DNA of 64,000 nucleotides from Camelus ferus (Eukaryota): NCBI RefSeq assembly GCF_009834535.1, contig NC_045704.1, positions 6,758,001 to 6,822,000 of the forward strand, read 5' to 3'. Shown piece by piece: positions 18,371 to 31,900 of this stretch (position 1 is its first letter; each line of letters starts with the position of its first letter). The notes under the pieces were generated by a model. It saw only the letters and a program-made list of their open reading frames with translations, ran no database searches and was not told where the DNA came from. The position numbers and the translations under genes were made by a program.

Positions 18371-19299
18371 TTTTCAGAATTCTGACCTAATGCCCCAGAG
18401 TCCTATGGAATCAGGTGCAGGGCAGGGTGAAGCAGCTGTTGGCACCTCCACTCCTGTTTGGGTCACAGTTTGGGCAGCAGCTGCCTGTCAAGGTGAAGGA
18501 CACAGTTGAACCCCTGGCCTCACAGGTCGAGGTGGGCACAGCAAGGGGCCTGTAAAGCCAGAGAAGAATTAGCAGTGATAGGAACTGGGGAGGAGAGGTT
18601 GGATGGAGGAGACCCTGTGAGCTGGGTAGGCCATGGTGAGGGGCCCAGATTCTGGATGAGGACAATAAGGCCATGAGATTCAGATTTTAATGAGGTTCCT
18701 CAGGGCACGGGCCATGGAACAGGCTGCCGCTGGGGACAGTGGTCTCCCCACCAGCATATCCCCTCCCTTTCCTAACCTTCATCACACTGGCTCAGCAGCT
18801 ACCTAAGGTGGGAAGCAAGCACGCTGACTTTGTCCCTATACTGGCAGCTGAGAAGTCAGGCCCCTCCGCGCCAGATTCCACGCCTGCTGCAAAAGGCCTG
18901 GGGTCCACTGAGGTCCAGGCCCGCCTGTCACCCTTCAGCCCCCATGTGTGGGCCCAGGAAGCCTACCACCGCAGCCTCACCATTTAGGGGGCCTGGGTCA
19001 TGGGTGTGGTGGACAGCCAACAGACCAAGGCTGTTCCTCTGCCCAGAGAACTCTTCCCACGATTCTGTCCCCTAAAGTGCCTTCTGGTCTTTGGAGTCTG
19101 GCCACGCACGCACCACCCTCCTGGAAGACGTACCATCCATCTCGGCCCCAACTCCCTTTCTCTTCTGAGTGCCGCCCCAGAGTGGGGCCTGCAGAGGGCG
19201 TTCAGTGGACGTTTACTTGTTCACTATTCGCCCTGGGGAAGGTGGGCCTGCTGTAGGGGCATCGAGTCAGCTGCCTCCACCTTCTACCTGGGACGCGGC

Positions 19300-20100
19300 T
19301 CAGAGCCGGGCCGCATCCCACTCGCAGCCCCCAGGCCCCACACCGGGCTGGAGTCCGACACCAGGGCGAGCTCTGCTGCTGCTCGCACCCAGGTTACGAG
19401 GAGGAAACCGACTCCCGGATGTGGTTGGGTTCAAGCCTGCCGGGACCCTCCCGGGTCTTCAGCGCAGAGAGCCCTCTCACCCTCATTCTCGCCCAGCACA
19501 CGTGAGGGGGCGTGGCCCGAAGAGTGACAGCGCAGGCCCCGCCCCCGCCCCGTCTCTAGGGGACGCCGCAAGCTGCCCTCGCTCCTGCGACTTTGGTTCC
19601 CAGACGAGAGCCGGAAGTGCGTCCTGGTGGCGGCGGCTGATCTCCATGGAGACACCGGAAACGTGCACTGACCTAGTACTTCCCCGCGCCGCAGCGGCTG
19701 CGGAATTTGGTTCCGCGGGCCTTGTGGCCCGGAAGTGCAGCCCCGGAGGTGGTGAGCTGGAGGCGGCCACTGCCCGGTCTGGTGCCTGAGGAGGAGCCGG
19801 AGGTGGGGTCAGGCGGGCATCCCCCTGCCGCAGGGCCGGCGGGGAGGCTGGGGCGTGCCACGGCAGGGGCGGCCGCGCTAGGCTTGGAGCGCGCGCTGCA
19901 TACGTGAGGGGGCGCTGCAGGACTGGGGCAGGGCGCGGAGGCGGGAAACCTAGGCCGGCTGGGTCTGGAGCGGGTACGGCGGCAGCAGATCAGAGAAGGG
20001 CGCTGGTCTCAGGGTGAGGCATGAGCAATGGCGCAGAGAACGGGAGAGGGTGATCACAGCAATGAGCATGGTGTGCGCCAAAGCGTGGTGGTGAGGATGC
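19300..20100 (+). promoter_or_regulatory. ZBTB45 CpG-island promoter with non-coding first exon
   Basis: ETS/GABP CCGGAAGTG at 19611-19619 and 19729-19737, E-box CACGTG at 19499-19504, GC boxes near 19537, candidate donor GTG|GTGAGC at 19752. Confidence 0.75.
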
Positions 20101-21883
20101 TTGGGTGCAGCGTCTCAAGGTGGGCCTTTGTTCCGAAGCGCCCAGAAGGCTCTGCTGCACCTGCCCTGTAATCGGAGCCTGCCGGGGAGCAGGGAGGGGA
20201 AGGATCGTAAGAGGAAGGGTTCAGTCCCCACGGATTGAGGCGCAGGTTTCTTCCCTCGTCGCCCGGGCACGGATTTGGAATTCTTTAGATGCTGGGTGAA
20301 TAAAGACAGTGAAGGGTGTTTGTGGTAGAGGTAATGGCACGTGCAGACTTGGCCTGTTCAAGGAACTGCCATGAGGAGCTCTGAGCTAAGGAGGGTCCTG
20401 ATCTGTTAGGTCTGAACAGGCTCCCTCTGCCTGTCGCGTAGGGAATAGACCAGGAGGTGGGGGGCCGGGAGGAGGTTACTGGGGCAGTAGAGGTATGCAA
20501 AGTGGTCTGAGGGGTCAGATGTGGAGCATGTATGACCTCAGCAAAGGAAAGGTGGTTTGGGCATAAGGAGCCAGAGGGCGTGAGTCTGAGACCCCAGTAG
20601 ACCCCGAGGGTTAAGAGAGGCCTCACTCTGGGGCTGTGACCCCACCTGAGCCAGGCTGGTGCAGAATGGGCGGGTCTCAGGGTATATCCTGTGTCTGGAT
20701 TGACTGGAGGTGTGTGTGGCCTCAGTGCAAGGTGAGCCAGGTATCTCATGCCTTATCTGATAGAGGGGAAACAGGCCTAGCAGGCGTGGTGCCTGTTTGA
20801 TGGTGAAGCAGCAGAGCTTCTCAGATTCCTAGAGTTTGCTGGGGGGCAGTACTCCCTCCCCTTTCCGGTACCTGAGGGTGGGCAGTGCTGGGATTTCAAG
20901 GCCACAGTTTAACAAGAAGCTTCCAGATTGCTCAGCCATGCCTATCTCGAGGCCTCTGTTGCTCCAGCTGCACTCAGCCAATTACACCCCTCTGTGCAGT
21001 GCACAGGCCCCCTTTCTATGGCAAACTCACACCCTGCACCCCACAGGCTCCATCAAGATTCCAGGAAGCACCAGGCTGCAGGAGGCATCTCCTACCAGCT
21101 GTGCTGGGGTCTGCCAGAGACCATGTATCTTCCTCTAGTAGGGCACCTGCCAGACTAAGGCCCAACCGCCTCTCAGCTCTTTGTGACTATGCTCACCCCC
21201 AATCGCTTAGCCCCAGAGGCAGGTCGTGCCAGCCTCCCTGCTGCAAAGACCTCCGTATACACTCAGTTAATACAACCAGGTTTTGAGGCAGCAGACCTGG
21301 GTCTGCACAGGGCCTTAGATGCTCCAAAGGTTGAGGACTGTGTCAAGGGGAGATCAGAAAGAAGTTTCTAGCAGTGGGAGCCACAGCCAGCAGGGTGGGG
21401 AGTGGGTGAGACCTGGCAGCCTGTTCTAGATAAGGGTTTCTGCCCTCTTCTCCACAGGACTGTCCCCTCGGAGGACGACGGGAAGGGGACGTGGGGAAGG
21501 CTTATGGATGTTGGGAGTTAGGGAAAGGGTGAATGGGTGGGGCAGGATGGGGGACAGGAGCCCTGGTCCTCCCCACTTCTGGCAGGAAGCAAGAACGGGA
21601 GGGGGCAAACCTTTGGTACCCCCAACCCTCTCCCAGCGGTGTGCTGGGGGCTGTGGAGGCAGAGGGGGCTGCAGAAGTCCTGGAGTGGGGGCGGGGCGTC
21701 CTGCTGTGTTGGTGACCAGGACTTCGAGGAGACCAGGGGCGTTGGAGAGGGCTGAGGATCCTGGAGCCTGGGGTGTGGGTCACCCTTGGGCCCTGTCCCG
21801 CTGAAGGGATGGGAACGCTGAAGCAGAGAGGGGGGCGGTCCCCGTCTGACTTCCCCTCACTCACACCCCCTTGTTCGGTGCAG

Positions 21884-24017
21884 ATGGCGGCGACCGAGGC
21901 GGTGCATCACATTCACCTGCAGAACTTCTCCCGCTCTCTGCTTGAGACCCTCAACGGGCAGCGGCTGGGTGGGCACTTCTGTGACGTGACTGTGCGCATC
22001 CGCGAGGCTTCACTGCGTGCACATCGCTGTGTGTTGGCCGCTGGCTCGCCCTTCTTCCAGGACAAGTTGCTGCTCGGCCACTCCGAGATCCGCGTGCCCC
22101 CTGTGGTGCCCGCGCAGACAGTGCGCCAGCTCGTCGAGTTCCTCTACAGCGGCTCGCTAGTGGTGGCGCAGGGTGAAGCGCTGCAGGTGCTCACAGCCGC
22201 GTCGGTGCTGCGCATCCAGACGGTGATCGACGAATGCACACAGATCATCGCCCGCGCCCGCGCCCCTGCCTCGGGCACCCCCGCGCCCGCGCCCCTGCCA
22301 ACGCCAGTGCCCCCGCCGCTCGCGCCCGCGCAGCTGCGCCACCGCCTGCGCCACTTGCTGGCCGCCCGACCCCCAGGCCACACCGGTGCCGCGCACAGCC
22401 GCAAGCAACGCCAGCCCGCGCGCCTGCAGCTGCCTGCGCCCCCCGCTTCTGCCAAGGCGGAGGGCTCAGATGCCGACCCCGCTCTGACCGCGGCCCCAGA
22501 CGACGGCGGTGACGACGACGACGAGGAGACAGATGACGAGACCGACGGCGAGGATGGCGAAGGTGGCGGCCCGGGTGAGGGCCAGGCGCCCCCTTCTTTC
22601 CCCGACTGCACCGCGGGCTTCCTCCCCGCGGCCGCTGATGCAGCGCGCGAGGAGCCGCCTGCGCCCGCCGGCCTCTCTGATTACGGCGGAGACGGGAGGG
22701 ACTTCCTCCGGGGGACTTCTGCGGCCGAGGACGTGTTCCCCGACAGCTACGTCTCCTCTTGGCAAGACCGGGATCAAACCGCCCCTGAAGGCTGTCCCAC
22801 CGAGACCCCGGCCCCGCCCGACTGCGTCCTGTCTGTACCCCGTCCACCTGGCGTGAAGACCCCTGGGCCGCCTGTCGCGCTTTTCCCCTTTCATCTGGGC
22901 GCTCCCGGGACACCTGCGCAAACCCCTCCCGCGCCCTCTGGGCCGGCCCCCGCGCCCCCGCCCGCCTTTTACCCTTCGCTCCAGCCAGACGCAGCTCCCA
23001 GCGCGCCTCTGGGGGAAGCCTCGGCCCCACCGGCCGCTCCCACCGTGGCCCCCTCGACAACCACTGCGCGCGCCCCGGGGGCCGAGCCGCCCGCCTACGA
23101 GTGCAGTCACTGCCGCAAGACGTTCAGCTCTCGGAAAAACTACACCAAGCACATGTTCATCCACTCGGGTGAGTCGGGGTGGGTCTCTGAGCCCCTTGAT
23201 CATTGGAGACAGGCTTTTTTGTTAATACTTGAAGACCTTAGGGGTAGACACAGCCTGTCATCCCTTCTCTGATTCAAGGTGAGGGGGGCATCCTACTCTC
23301 ACCCCGGGGACATTATGGCGGCCAGCAGAGAGGGGGCAGGTCCAGTGTAAAGATACTGGCCTTGCTGGACTGTCCTCAGAACGGTGGCCAGCGTCCAGAG
23401 AGTTCAGAATGCTCTCTTGGCGTGGTAGGGGTGGGGGAGGGGCACCCAGCCCTGTGCCAGATGCTGTGCGTTTGGGGGCTGGGAGGTCCCTGGAGGTGGG
23501 GTAGACCTGAGTGGTCAGCCTCGATGGGGAACGATGTCCTAGACCTGCGGGGTTCTCTACCTGTTGGAGTTGTGGGACACTGACAGGCAGTGGTACACAG
23601 GTTTGACCCTAAGGGTCTGGGAGAGGTCCGTCCCTGCCGGGCGGGGGGATTCTGAGTTGAAGGTTGGTCCGGGTGAGGAGTAGAGTCCCTACCTGACAAA
23701 GGCACCCCGGGGCCCCTTCCCAGCTGACCTGAGTGCGCTGCCTGCCTTTGTCGCCCTCAGGGGAGAAGCCCCATCAATGCGCCGTGTGCTGGCGATCTTT
23801 CTCGCTGCGCGACTACCTGCTCAAGCACATGGTCACGCACACGGGCGTGCGCGCCTTCCAGTGCGCTGTTTGCGCCAAGCGCTTCACGCAGAAGAGCTCG
23901 CTCAACGTGCATATGCGCACCCACCGGCCAGAGCGCGCGCCCTGCCCTGCCTGCGGCAAGGTCTTCTCGCACCGCGCGCTGCTGGAGCGCCACCTGGCAG
24001 CGCACCCTGCGCCCTGA
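21884..24017 (+). CDS. ZBTB45: ZBTB45, BTB/POZ domain plus 4 C2H2 fingers, 513 aa
   Basis: Exons 21884-23168 and 23761-24017 (1542 nt). [38 protein letters not shown] start; fingers CSHC, CAVC, CAVC, CPAC. Confidence 0.96.
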
Positions 24018-24492
24018 CCCTGGCCTGGGGCCTGACCACTCCCCCCGGGGTCGGCAGCGCGCACCGAGGAGGCGACACCTGCTGCGGCACCTGGACCACG
24101 TTCTCGCAGCCAAACCACGCTTTTTCCTCAGCGCAGGCCTTCCTTCTGCTTCCACCCTTTTCTCCAGCCCAGCTCGCCTCACTCCTCTCCTCCCACGTAT
24201 TCAGACCCTCGGGGCGGTGGCGGGCTGGTCGAGGACCCGACCACCTCTGGAAACTGGATCATCTCCAGCCTGAACCAGGACTCACCCATGGTGCCGAGCC
24301 CAGGATTCTTGACTCCAGCTGGGATTCACTCCCCTCCCTCTCCCGTGAGTGGGCGGAGTCTAGGGCTGCTCCTGTATTAGGCCGGTCGAGGTCCCTCGCG
24401 CCCCACCCCGAGCTACTCCCTCATCTGGCATCTAAGGAGTCTCAGGTGGACCCGTCATGGACAGAGGCCTAGTCTGGGAGCCCCTGCTCTGT

Positions 24493-24498
24493 AATAAA
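24493..24498 (+). terminator. ZBTB45 poly(A) signal
   Basis: AATAAA about 475 nt after the stop codon. Confidence 0.6.
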
Positions 24499-25944
24499 GG
24501 ACTGGACCATGGGCCCCAAGTACTGAATTACGAGCTCTGGGACGCCTGTGTTCCTCGCCTTCACAGATCGGCTGTGGGCCTTGGGTCCTGGTGCCCCTAT
24601 CCCTGGCCAGCACCCCTGCCGCTCCTTGGGCTCCCTTGGGTTGGGACAGGATGGTCCACTTTGCCATCTCGTACCTCTGTTCTCTGGGTGGGAGTGGGGT
24701 GCTCATGACTGGTGCTTGGCTCTCCTAGAGCCCTCGGCCCTGTGGGGAGGGGTTCAGGCCAGCCCCATTTGAGGTGGTTCTCAGGAGAAGGAGGCCACGT
24801 GTGGGAAATCCCTGACTACAGTCCTGCGACTGCTGTCCAAGGCGCAGATTTCAAGCACCCCCCGCCCCCCTACCCTTTTCTTCCAGCCAGACTCCCTGCC
24901 TTCAGATTCCCCTCCCCCTTCCCTATGGACATGATGGTTTGAGCACCTCACTTTTGGAGAGCACAGAGGGTCTTTGTGGCCATGCTGCCATTAGGGGATC
25001 TGAGCCCCAGGATAACTGCCCTGGGCGGCAGGTGCTGTAGTGTCAGGCAGGGCTGGGTGGGGGAAGGACAGAAAGCAGCAGCCAGAACTCTTCGACTGCT
25101 CACAGGGCTGCTGAAGCTGGCTGGCCAGTGTCAGGTCCAGGCTACTTTCCTCCTGCCTCTGTCCATTGCCGGCCATGGCCTGGGCACCCTATCCAAAGCA
25201 TGGGGAGCCAGTTGAAGTGGGTGTGGTCAGTGGTGTGCTGCCCTGGCCCAACTTGCCATGCTCCTGGGCCAATAGCAACATTTCCTTGCACTACCCCGTG
25301 AATGCCTCCCAGAGATGAGGGGCGAAGGCTTTTCAGGTCCAATGGTGCATAGACTGCCAGACCCACATTCAGCCTCCTGAATCCTGAGCATGGTCCCCAC
25401 TGATGTAGAGTGCTGCAGAGAGTGGAACACATGGGTTGGGGGGGGTTGGTCAGAGCTAGGTTTCAATTCAGGCACTGCAGTTTTCACATGCTTACAGCGT
25501 ACCTGCTGTGTACCTGGCAAGAGTCTAGTGGCTCACCCTGGCCAGGCCCCATCTCCCCGTGGATCAGATTAAGTAGGTGCCACAGGAGAACCTCCTGGTG
25601 AGGTTTGCAGACAGGTAGGCAGTGCTCACAGCCAGAGTTGCTTTGGTAGCCTGCTGATTTTGCATTTGGCCTGACTGAAAGTGCAGTTCTCTGCAAGCAA
25701 GGATTTCTGCCTGTTTCCCAAGTGCCTGGCACACAGTGGGTGGGACAGGGGAAGGGGTACTGGAGCCATGCAGAAGACCCAGCAGAGCGAAGCAGACAGG
25801 TGGGGCTGAGAAGAGCTGCGTGCAGAGTCCTGAAGCCAGCACCCTGGTTAACAGAGCCTGGGCCACAGCCAGGGGGTGGGGCCAATGGGCTGTCAACCTG
25901 GGCAGTGAGCACTCCTGGACATTTCTGAGGCAGAAGCAGGTGCC

Positions 25945-28900
25945 ATGGACATCGGGTGGCGTCTGGCCTTTTTGCTGTTGCTGGTGGGAGGCCTGGGGCA
26001 GTCAGCATGGCCAGCAGTAGTGGCCCTGGTGCTGCGCTGGCTCCTGGGAGACTCCATCTGCTTGGTGCTTCTGGGGCTGGCCCTGCTGGGGTGGCCCTGG
26101 CTGGGCCCCTGGATGCCCCCCTGGCTGAGTGTGGCAGCTGTGGCCATCACACTGGCCCTGCTGCCAGCACAGCCACCCCCAGCGCTGCGCTGGCTGCCTG
26201 CTGACCTGAACTACACCTTCAGCATCCTCTGCCTGGGCCTGAAGACCTGGGTGCGCCTGAACCGTCGGAGGCCTGATACCTTCGTAGATTCCTTTGAGCG
26301 GTGGGCGCGAGCCCAGCCAGGGCGCACGATCTTGGTGTGGACGGGGCCAGGGAGCCAGTCGGTCACCTTCAGGGAGCTGGACGCCCAAGCCTGCCGGGCA
26401 GCATGGGCCATGAGAGCTGAGCTGGGTGGTGCCCTGGGCCTGCATGCCAGGGAGCCCACCGCCCTCCTGATGCTGCCTTCACAGACCATGGCTGCCCTGG
26501 CCTTGTGGCTGGGGCTAGCCAAGCTGGGCTGTCCGGTGGCCTGGATCAACCCGCACAGCCGGGGGGCGCCTCTGGTGCACGCAGTGCTGAGCTCTGGGGC
26601 TCAGGTGCTGATAGTGGACCCAGGTGAGGACCACAGAGACCAGCGGAGGTCGGAGGGGGTGGGGACAGGGACTGGGGACAGACGTGGAGGACTGCTGTTC
26701 AGAGGGTCCTGGTGGGGCCTGGACAAGGGCTCTGTGCACCCTATCCACCCTCACAGGCAATTAGGGTCAAAACTTAGCTACTGGGAAGTCATTCTGTGGG
26801 CACCAGTTTTGTTTTTTCTTCACCATGGACATTGCAATCTTCTCTGCCCCAAAAAACTAATTATGGGGCTCTTTAGAGCTTAGGTGATTTTTTTTTTTTT
26901 CTGCTGGCTGCTTCCTCTGTGACTAGCAGTGGTTCCCCTGCCCATCTCTGGGTCTCGGGTCCCTTCTCCTAAGTTCCTCCTCTGCCCCATCCCTGCAGAC
27001 CTCCGGGAGAACCTGGAGGAGGTGCTTCCCAAGCTGCAGGCAGAAGACATCCGCTGCTTCTACCTCAGCTACTCCTCCCCGACGCTGGGGGTGGGGGCTC
27101 TGGGCGCCGCCCTTGAGGCCGCGCCCCCAGACCCTGTGCCCGCTGAGCTGCGAGCTGAGATCAAGCCGCGGAGTCCAGCCCTGTTCATCTACACCTCAGG
27201 GACCACCGGTGAGGGTGCCCAGCTGTCCTTGCCCCAACCTCTGAACTGTGCCTCAGACTGGACCTCTGAAACCCACCCTGCCCTTTGATTGTGACACCTG
27301 GCCTGAACCTTGACCCCCAATGTTATCTGAGTGGTCAGCGCCAGAGTCCTGCCTTGCCCTTAAGTAAACAGCCACCGAAACCCTGAGCTTTGGAGTTCAG
27401 CTTCTGAACCCCAATCCAACTTGTCCTCCCAAACCCACGCACAGGTCCCACACTTCACCTCCTTTCAAGAGCCTCAAACCCCTGGCGGTGCAGACCTGGG
27501 CATGGAGACCCACTTTGGCCTGCTGGCCCCTCGTGCCGTCCTTGCACCACCTCACTCCTGTCCCTTCACCCCCAGGGCTCCCGAAGCCAGCCATCCTCAC
27601 CTACGAGCGGGTGCTGCACATAAGCAGTATGCTGACCCTGTTTGGGGTCACAGCTGACGACGTAGTCTACTCGGTCCTGCCTCTATACCACACGATGGGG
27701 CTCGTCCTTGGGGTCCTCAGCTGCCTGGAGCTTGGTAAGCCCTCCTCTGAGCTCCCCTGCCCAGGAACACCAGACCAGATGTCAGGGTGATGAGGCCCCA
27801 GAGGTTACCCAGCACCCCAGGTTCTCACCTCTGACAAGGGACACACAGCAGCTCCAGGATCATGAGGACAGAGGCCTGGACCCCCACGTAGTCCTCAGTA
27901 GCTGTACCGTGGTCAGGAGGTGACAAGAGCTGGTATGAATGTTGGTCACTCACGTCAATTCTTGTCGCTGGTGGGGCCAGTGAGGGACCACTCACCAAGT
28001 GTTCCACCCGCTGGCACCCTAGACGCCTGACCATGAATTCAGACTGTGAGCTCTCCAGTCTGTTTTTTTTTTCCCTCTAAAATTTCAACATGGAAAATAC
28101 TGAAACAAAAACATTTCTAAACTTTTCTACATGAATCCTCATATCCCAACACCCAGCTTCAGCCACCACCAGCATTTTGCTGTTCTGTGTTTTGTTTGTC
28201 ATCTCCCCCTTACTCTCATTTGTCTTTTTCACTCTCATATTTTATATAATTTAAAAAAAATCACGGATAATTTCAAAACACACAAAAGCAGAGCAAGTAG
28301 TTTGACAATGCCTCACATATCCTCACCCGGCCTCAGCAACTGTTAACGTGTTGCCACTTTTATTTCATATGTGCTCCCTTCCTTCTTTCTGGATTATTTT
28401 AGAGCACATTCTAGACACTATCTTTTTGCCTGTACATATTGCAGTATGTATCTCTAACATGTAAGGACTTAAAAAATTGTAACCACACTGATTATCACAC
28501 CTGAAAAAATTAACAGTAACTGATTCTGCTATGCAGCTAACTGGGAAAAAAGAGTAAAATGATATACTGTATATACTGTGTTTAAACTAATGTAAAAATG
28601 CAATGTGAGAAAAGCAGAAGGTATCATAAAAAAAAAACAAAAATAGAAACTCTGATATCATCTGACAAGCACTTTCTGTTAAAATTTCCCCAATTGTCTT
28701 AATTGTCTTTTTGCAGTTGAAGTGTTCTCATTTTACTTTTTTGTTTGGTCTCTGCTCCTCTTCCTCCCACATTTCCTATTAGACTAGACATGCCCTCCAG
28801 AGATGTTTTTAGACTCAGTTCAATTATTCTGGCCAAGAGTTTTGGTGGAGTGCGTGGTGCTTCCTAGTTTGTCATGCTGGAGGCTGCTCAAAACTGTATT

Positions 28901-31900
28901 CCTGCCTTAGAGAGGCTAAGAAGAATTGGGAAGCTTTAAGTGGAAAAATTCCTATCCACCTCCCCTCTGGTTTTACCAGCTCTTGAAGACCTTTCCAGAA
29001 TCCAGGCATTTCACTAGGGGTTGCTAACAAAGCTGTCACTCACAAGGACCTGGCATCTGTTCCACCTCCCTCAAGCTACAACCTCAGAGAAGATACACAC
29101 TTGCTACCTCACCAACCATCTGAACAGCTGTCCCTCTCAGCGCAGGGAGGATGTTTAACTTGCAGGCTTGTGCTGAGGGTGAGGGCTGAGGTGGGGAGAG
29201 TGCCATCCACAGAGCCAGCAGCAGAGGAGGGGATCAGAAAAGGAGGGAGCACTTTCCTGGGGTGAACGCAGAGTCCCCTAAAATCTATTAATCCACGTGT
29301 CCACCCTTCAAAACATCCATATATCCATCCACCAACCAGCCCATACATTGCCCATCCATCCTTCCACCCACCTTTTCAGCCACCTACCCGCCTGCCCAGC
29401 TAGATATTCATCACAGTCAAGAACAATTACTAGTCACAGTCCTCATTTAGCAGTGCTCACTCTGTACCGGCACCGAGCTTTCCACATACTGGAGACAGAA
29501 TTCAAACCCAGTTTCGGCCATGCTCTTCTCATTGGAACCCTTCTGGCTGGGCCAGCAACACAGGATGACCCTGGGCTTCAGGGGCCACAGTCAGGTGATC
29601 AAAGCAGCTTCTCACAGTAGCCTGGAAGCATGACCTGAAGCCCTCTCCTCTCCTCCCTCCCAGGAGTGACCTGTGTCCTGGCCCCCAAGTTCTCTGCCTC
29701 CTGCTTCTGGGACGACTGTCGGCAGCATGGTGTGACTGTGATTCAGTACGTGGGCGAGGTCCTGCGGTACCTGTGCAACACTCCCCAGGTGAGGTGCTAA
29801 GATTAGGGCTCCAAGGGGAACACCCCAGGTGAGGTTTCCAGGACTCAAGCGAGGGCCCTCAGGGAAAACACCCCAGGCACGAGGCGCAGATAATGAGTCC
29901 CACGCAAGGTTTCCAACCATGGCTCCTTTGAAGATCAGCTGCACCACCTTGGGCAGATATTCCTCAAAGGGTATTGTGAGAATTAAACAGGTCAAGTGCC
30001 TAGAACAGGTTGTGGCTCAGGGTAAACTCACTAGATGACAGCTGGTCCTATCCTTACGGATCACATGAACTCCAGGGAACTGTCTCTAAGCAAGGTCCCC
30101 AGGTATCCCTCCAAGTAGTCTCTAGGTAACCCCTCAGGGAGAGGCTCCAGGTAACTACCCACAAGTAAGGTCCCCAGATAACTCCCCAAGATGAAGTTTC
30201 AAGTCACTCCCCTGGTTACATTCAGGTAAGGCCCCCAAGTAACCCCACCTGGTAAGGCCTCTAGTTAACTGCCCCCCAGTTTCAGGTAACTACCCCTATA
30301 TAAGACTCCTGAGGTAAGACCCCAGTTGAGGCCTCCAGTCACCCCTAGGTATCACTCTAGGTAACCCCCGCAAGTAACTCTCCAGGTATAGACTCTAAAT
30401 AACTATTACTCTCAAGTAGGAACCTGGGTAGATCCTTTAGTTGTAGGCCCCTCATCACCTACTAGGTAACTCCTGGGTAAGGACCCAAGATAGCCCTCCT
30501 GGGGAAGGGTTCCTGGGCACGCCCCAGAGCACCTCCTCTCACCCTTCTTGGGACGTCCTTGCAGCGGCCAGAGGACCGGACACATACAGTTCGCCTGGCG
30601 ATTGGCAGTGGACTCCGGGCAGATGTGTGGGAGACATTCCAGCAGCGCTTTGGCCCCATTCGGATCTGGGAAGTCTACGGCTCCACCGAAGGCAACGTTG
30701 GCTTTGTCAACTATCCAGGGCGCTGTGGGGCCCATGGCAAGACAAGCTGCTTCCTTCGAGTGAGTGTGTTGAGTGTGGTAGTGGCCCTGATTGAGGCTGA
30801 GCCCAGAGGACCTCTACTGACACTCCCCAACCCTCTACTCAGATGCTGTCCCCTTACGAGCTTGTACAGTTCAGCATGGAGACTGAGGAGCCAGTGAGGG
30901 ACAATCGGGGCCTCTGCATCCCTGTGAGGCCAGGTATAGGGGCCAGGGAACCTCCCCTGGGTGTGGGAAGGGTGGAAACCCTCCATCTCCTCCGTGGATG
31001 GAAAAAGCCACCCAAAGCCTTAAGGTTGGTGCCCAGTGGTGGTGTCTGCTGCCCTCACCCTGACCCTGAATCCCCATCTGCCTGACCACCATATGGGGCC
31101 CTCTGCCTCCTAGCTTCTCAGCTCTGCCCAGCTCCTCTGCCTCAACCTTCTGCTCCACGGGGTCTCTGGGTGTCCACTTGAGTTGTTCTCTTGAGCCTCT
31201 GTGGAAGTCACATGCCCCAGGCATTAATCTCTTGTCCTGTACCTTCTCCTGGGGCCTTGCAAGGTCCTGGCGCAGCCTCTCTCTTCCCTCCACCATTGGC
31301 CTCTGCCCTCGTCCATCCTGGGTATCCGTCTCCTGTTTCTAGTGGGCTTCCTGATGCCACCTTCTCTCTCCTGCTACCTCTCATTTGCTGTCTCCCTGTC
31401 TCTGTGTCTCTGTCTGGATCCGTGTCTGGGTCTCTCTGGCACTACCTCTGGGTCTCTCTCCGTCTCCTCCCTGGCAGAGTGCGCCGCGGTCCGGTGGGCT
31501 CCTGAGGTTCCCAGCCACGGCTAATGCCGCAACTCCCACTCCTACCCCCAGGGGAGGCCGGGCTCCTGTTGACCCAGGTGCTAGGCCGCCAACCTTTCCT
31601 GGGCTACCGCGGAGCCCGGGAGCTGTCGGAAAGGAAGCTGGTGCGGAACGTGCGGCGCCCGAACGACGTTTATTACAACTCTGGAGACGTGCTCACCGTG
31701 GACCGGGAAGGCTTCCTCTGCTTCCGCGACCGCCTCGGAGACACCTTCCGGTCCGGTGGGCTTCCACGGGGCGGGACCTCCGGATTGCGGAGGGGGCGGG
31801 GCCTTTCCTTCCAGGGGCGGGACTTACGGATTCCAGAGGGAGCAGAGCCTGGTGAGGACGAGGCGGGGCCTAGTGGACTAGAGGCGGGGCCTCCCCTTTC

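Noticed and set aside
21773-21883. 37-aa N-terminal extension of ZBTB45 in the ORF track
   Set aside because: Intronic polypyrimidine tract and acceptor; the start is GTG, and the conserved protein begins at 21884.
22144-23203. Antisense ORFs over ZBTB45 exon 2 (also over the ZNF446 and ZNF324 finger exons)
   Set aside because: Shadow frames of GC3-rich coding sequence.
25860-25915. FXR IR-1 element in the SLC27A5 promoter (TGGGCA g TGAGCA)
   Set aside because: Too many mismatches to AGGTCAnTGACCT to support from sequence alone.
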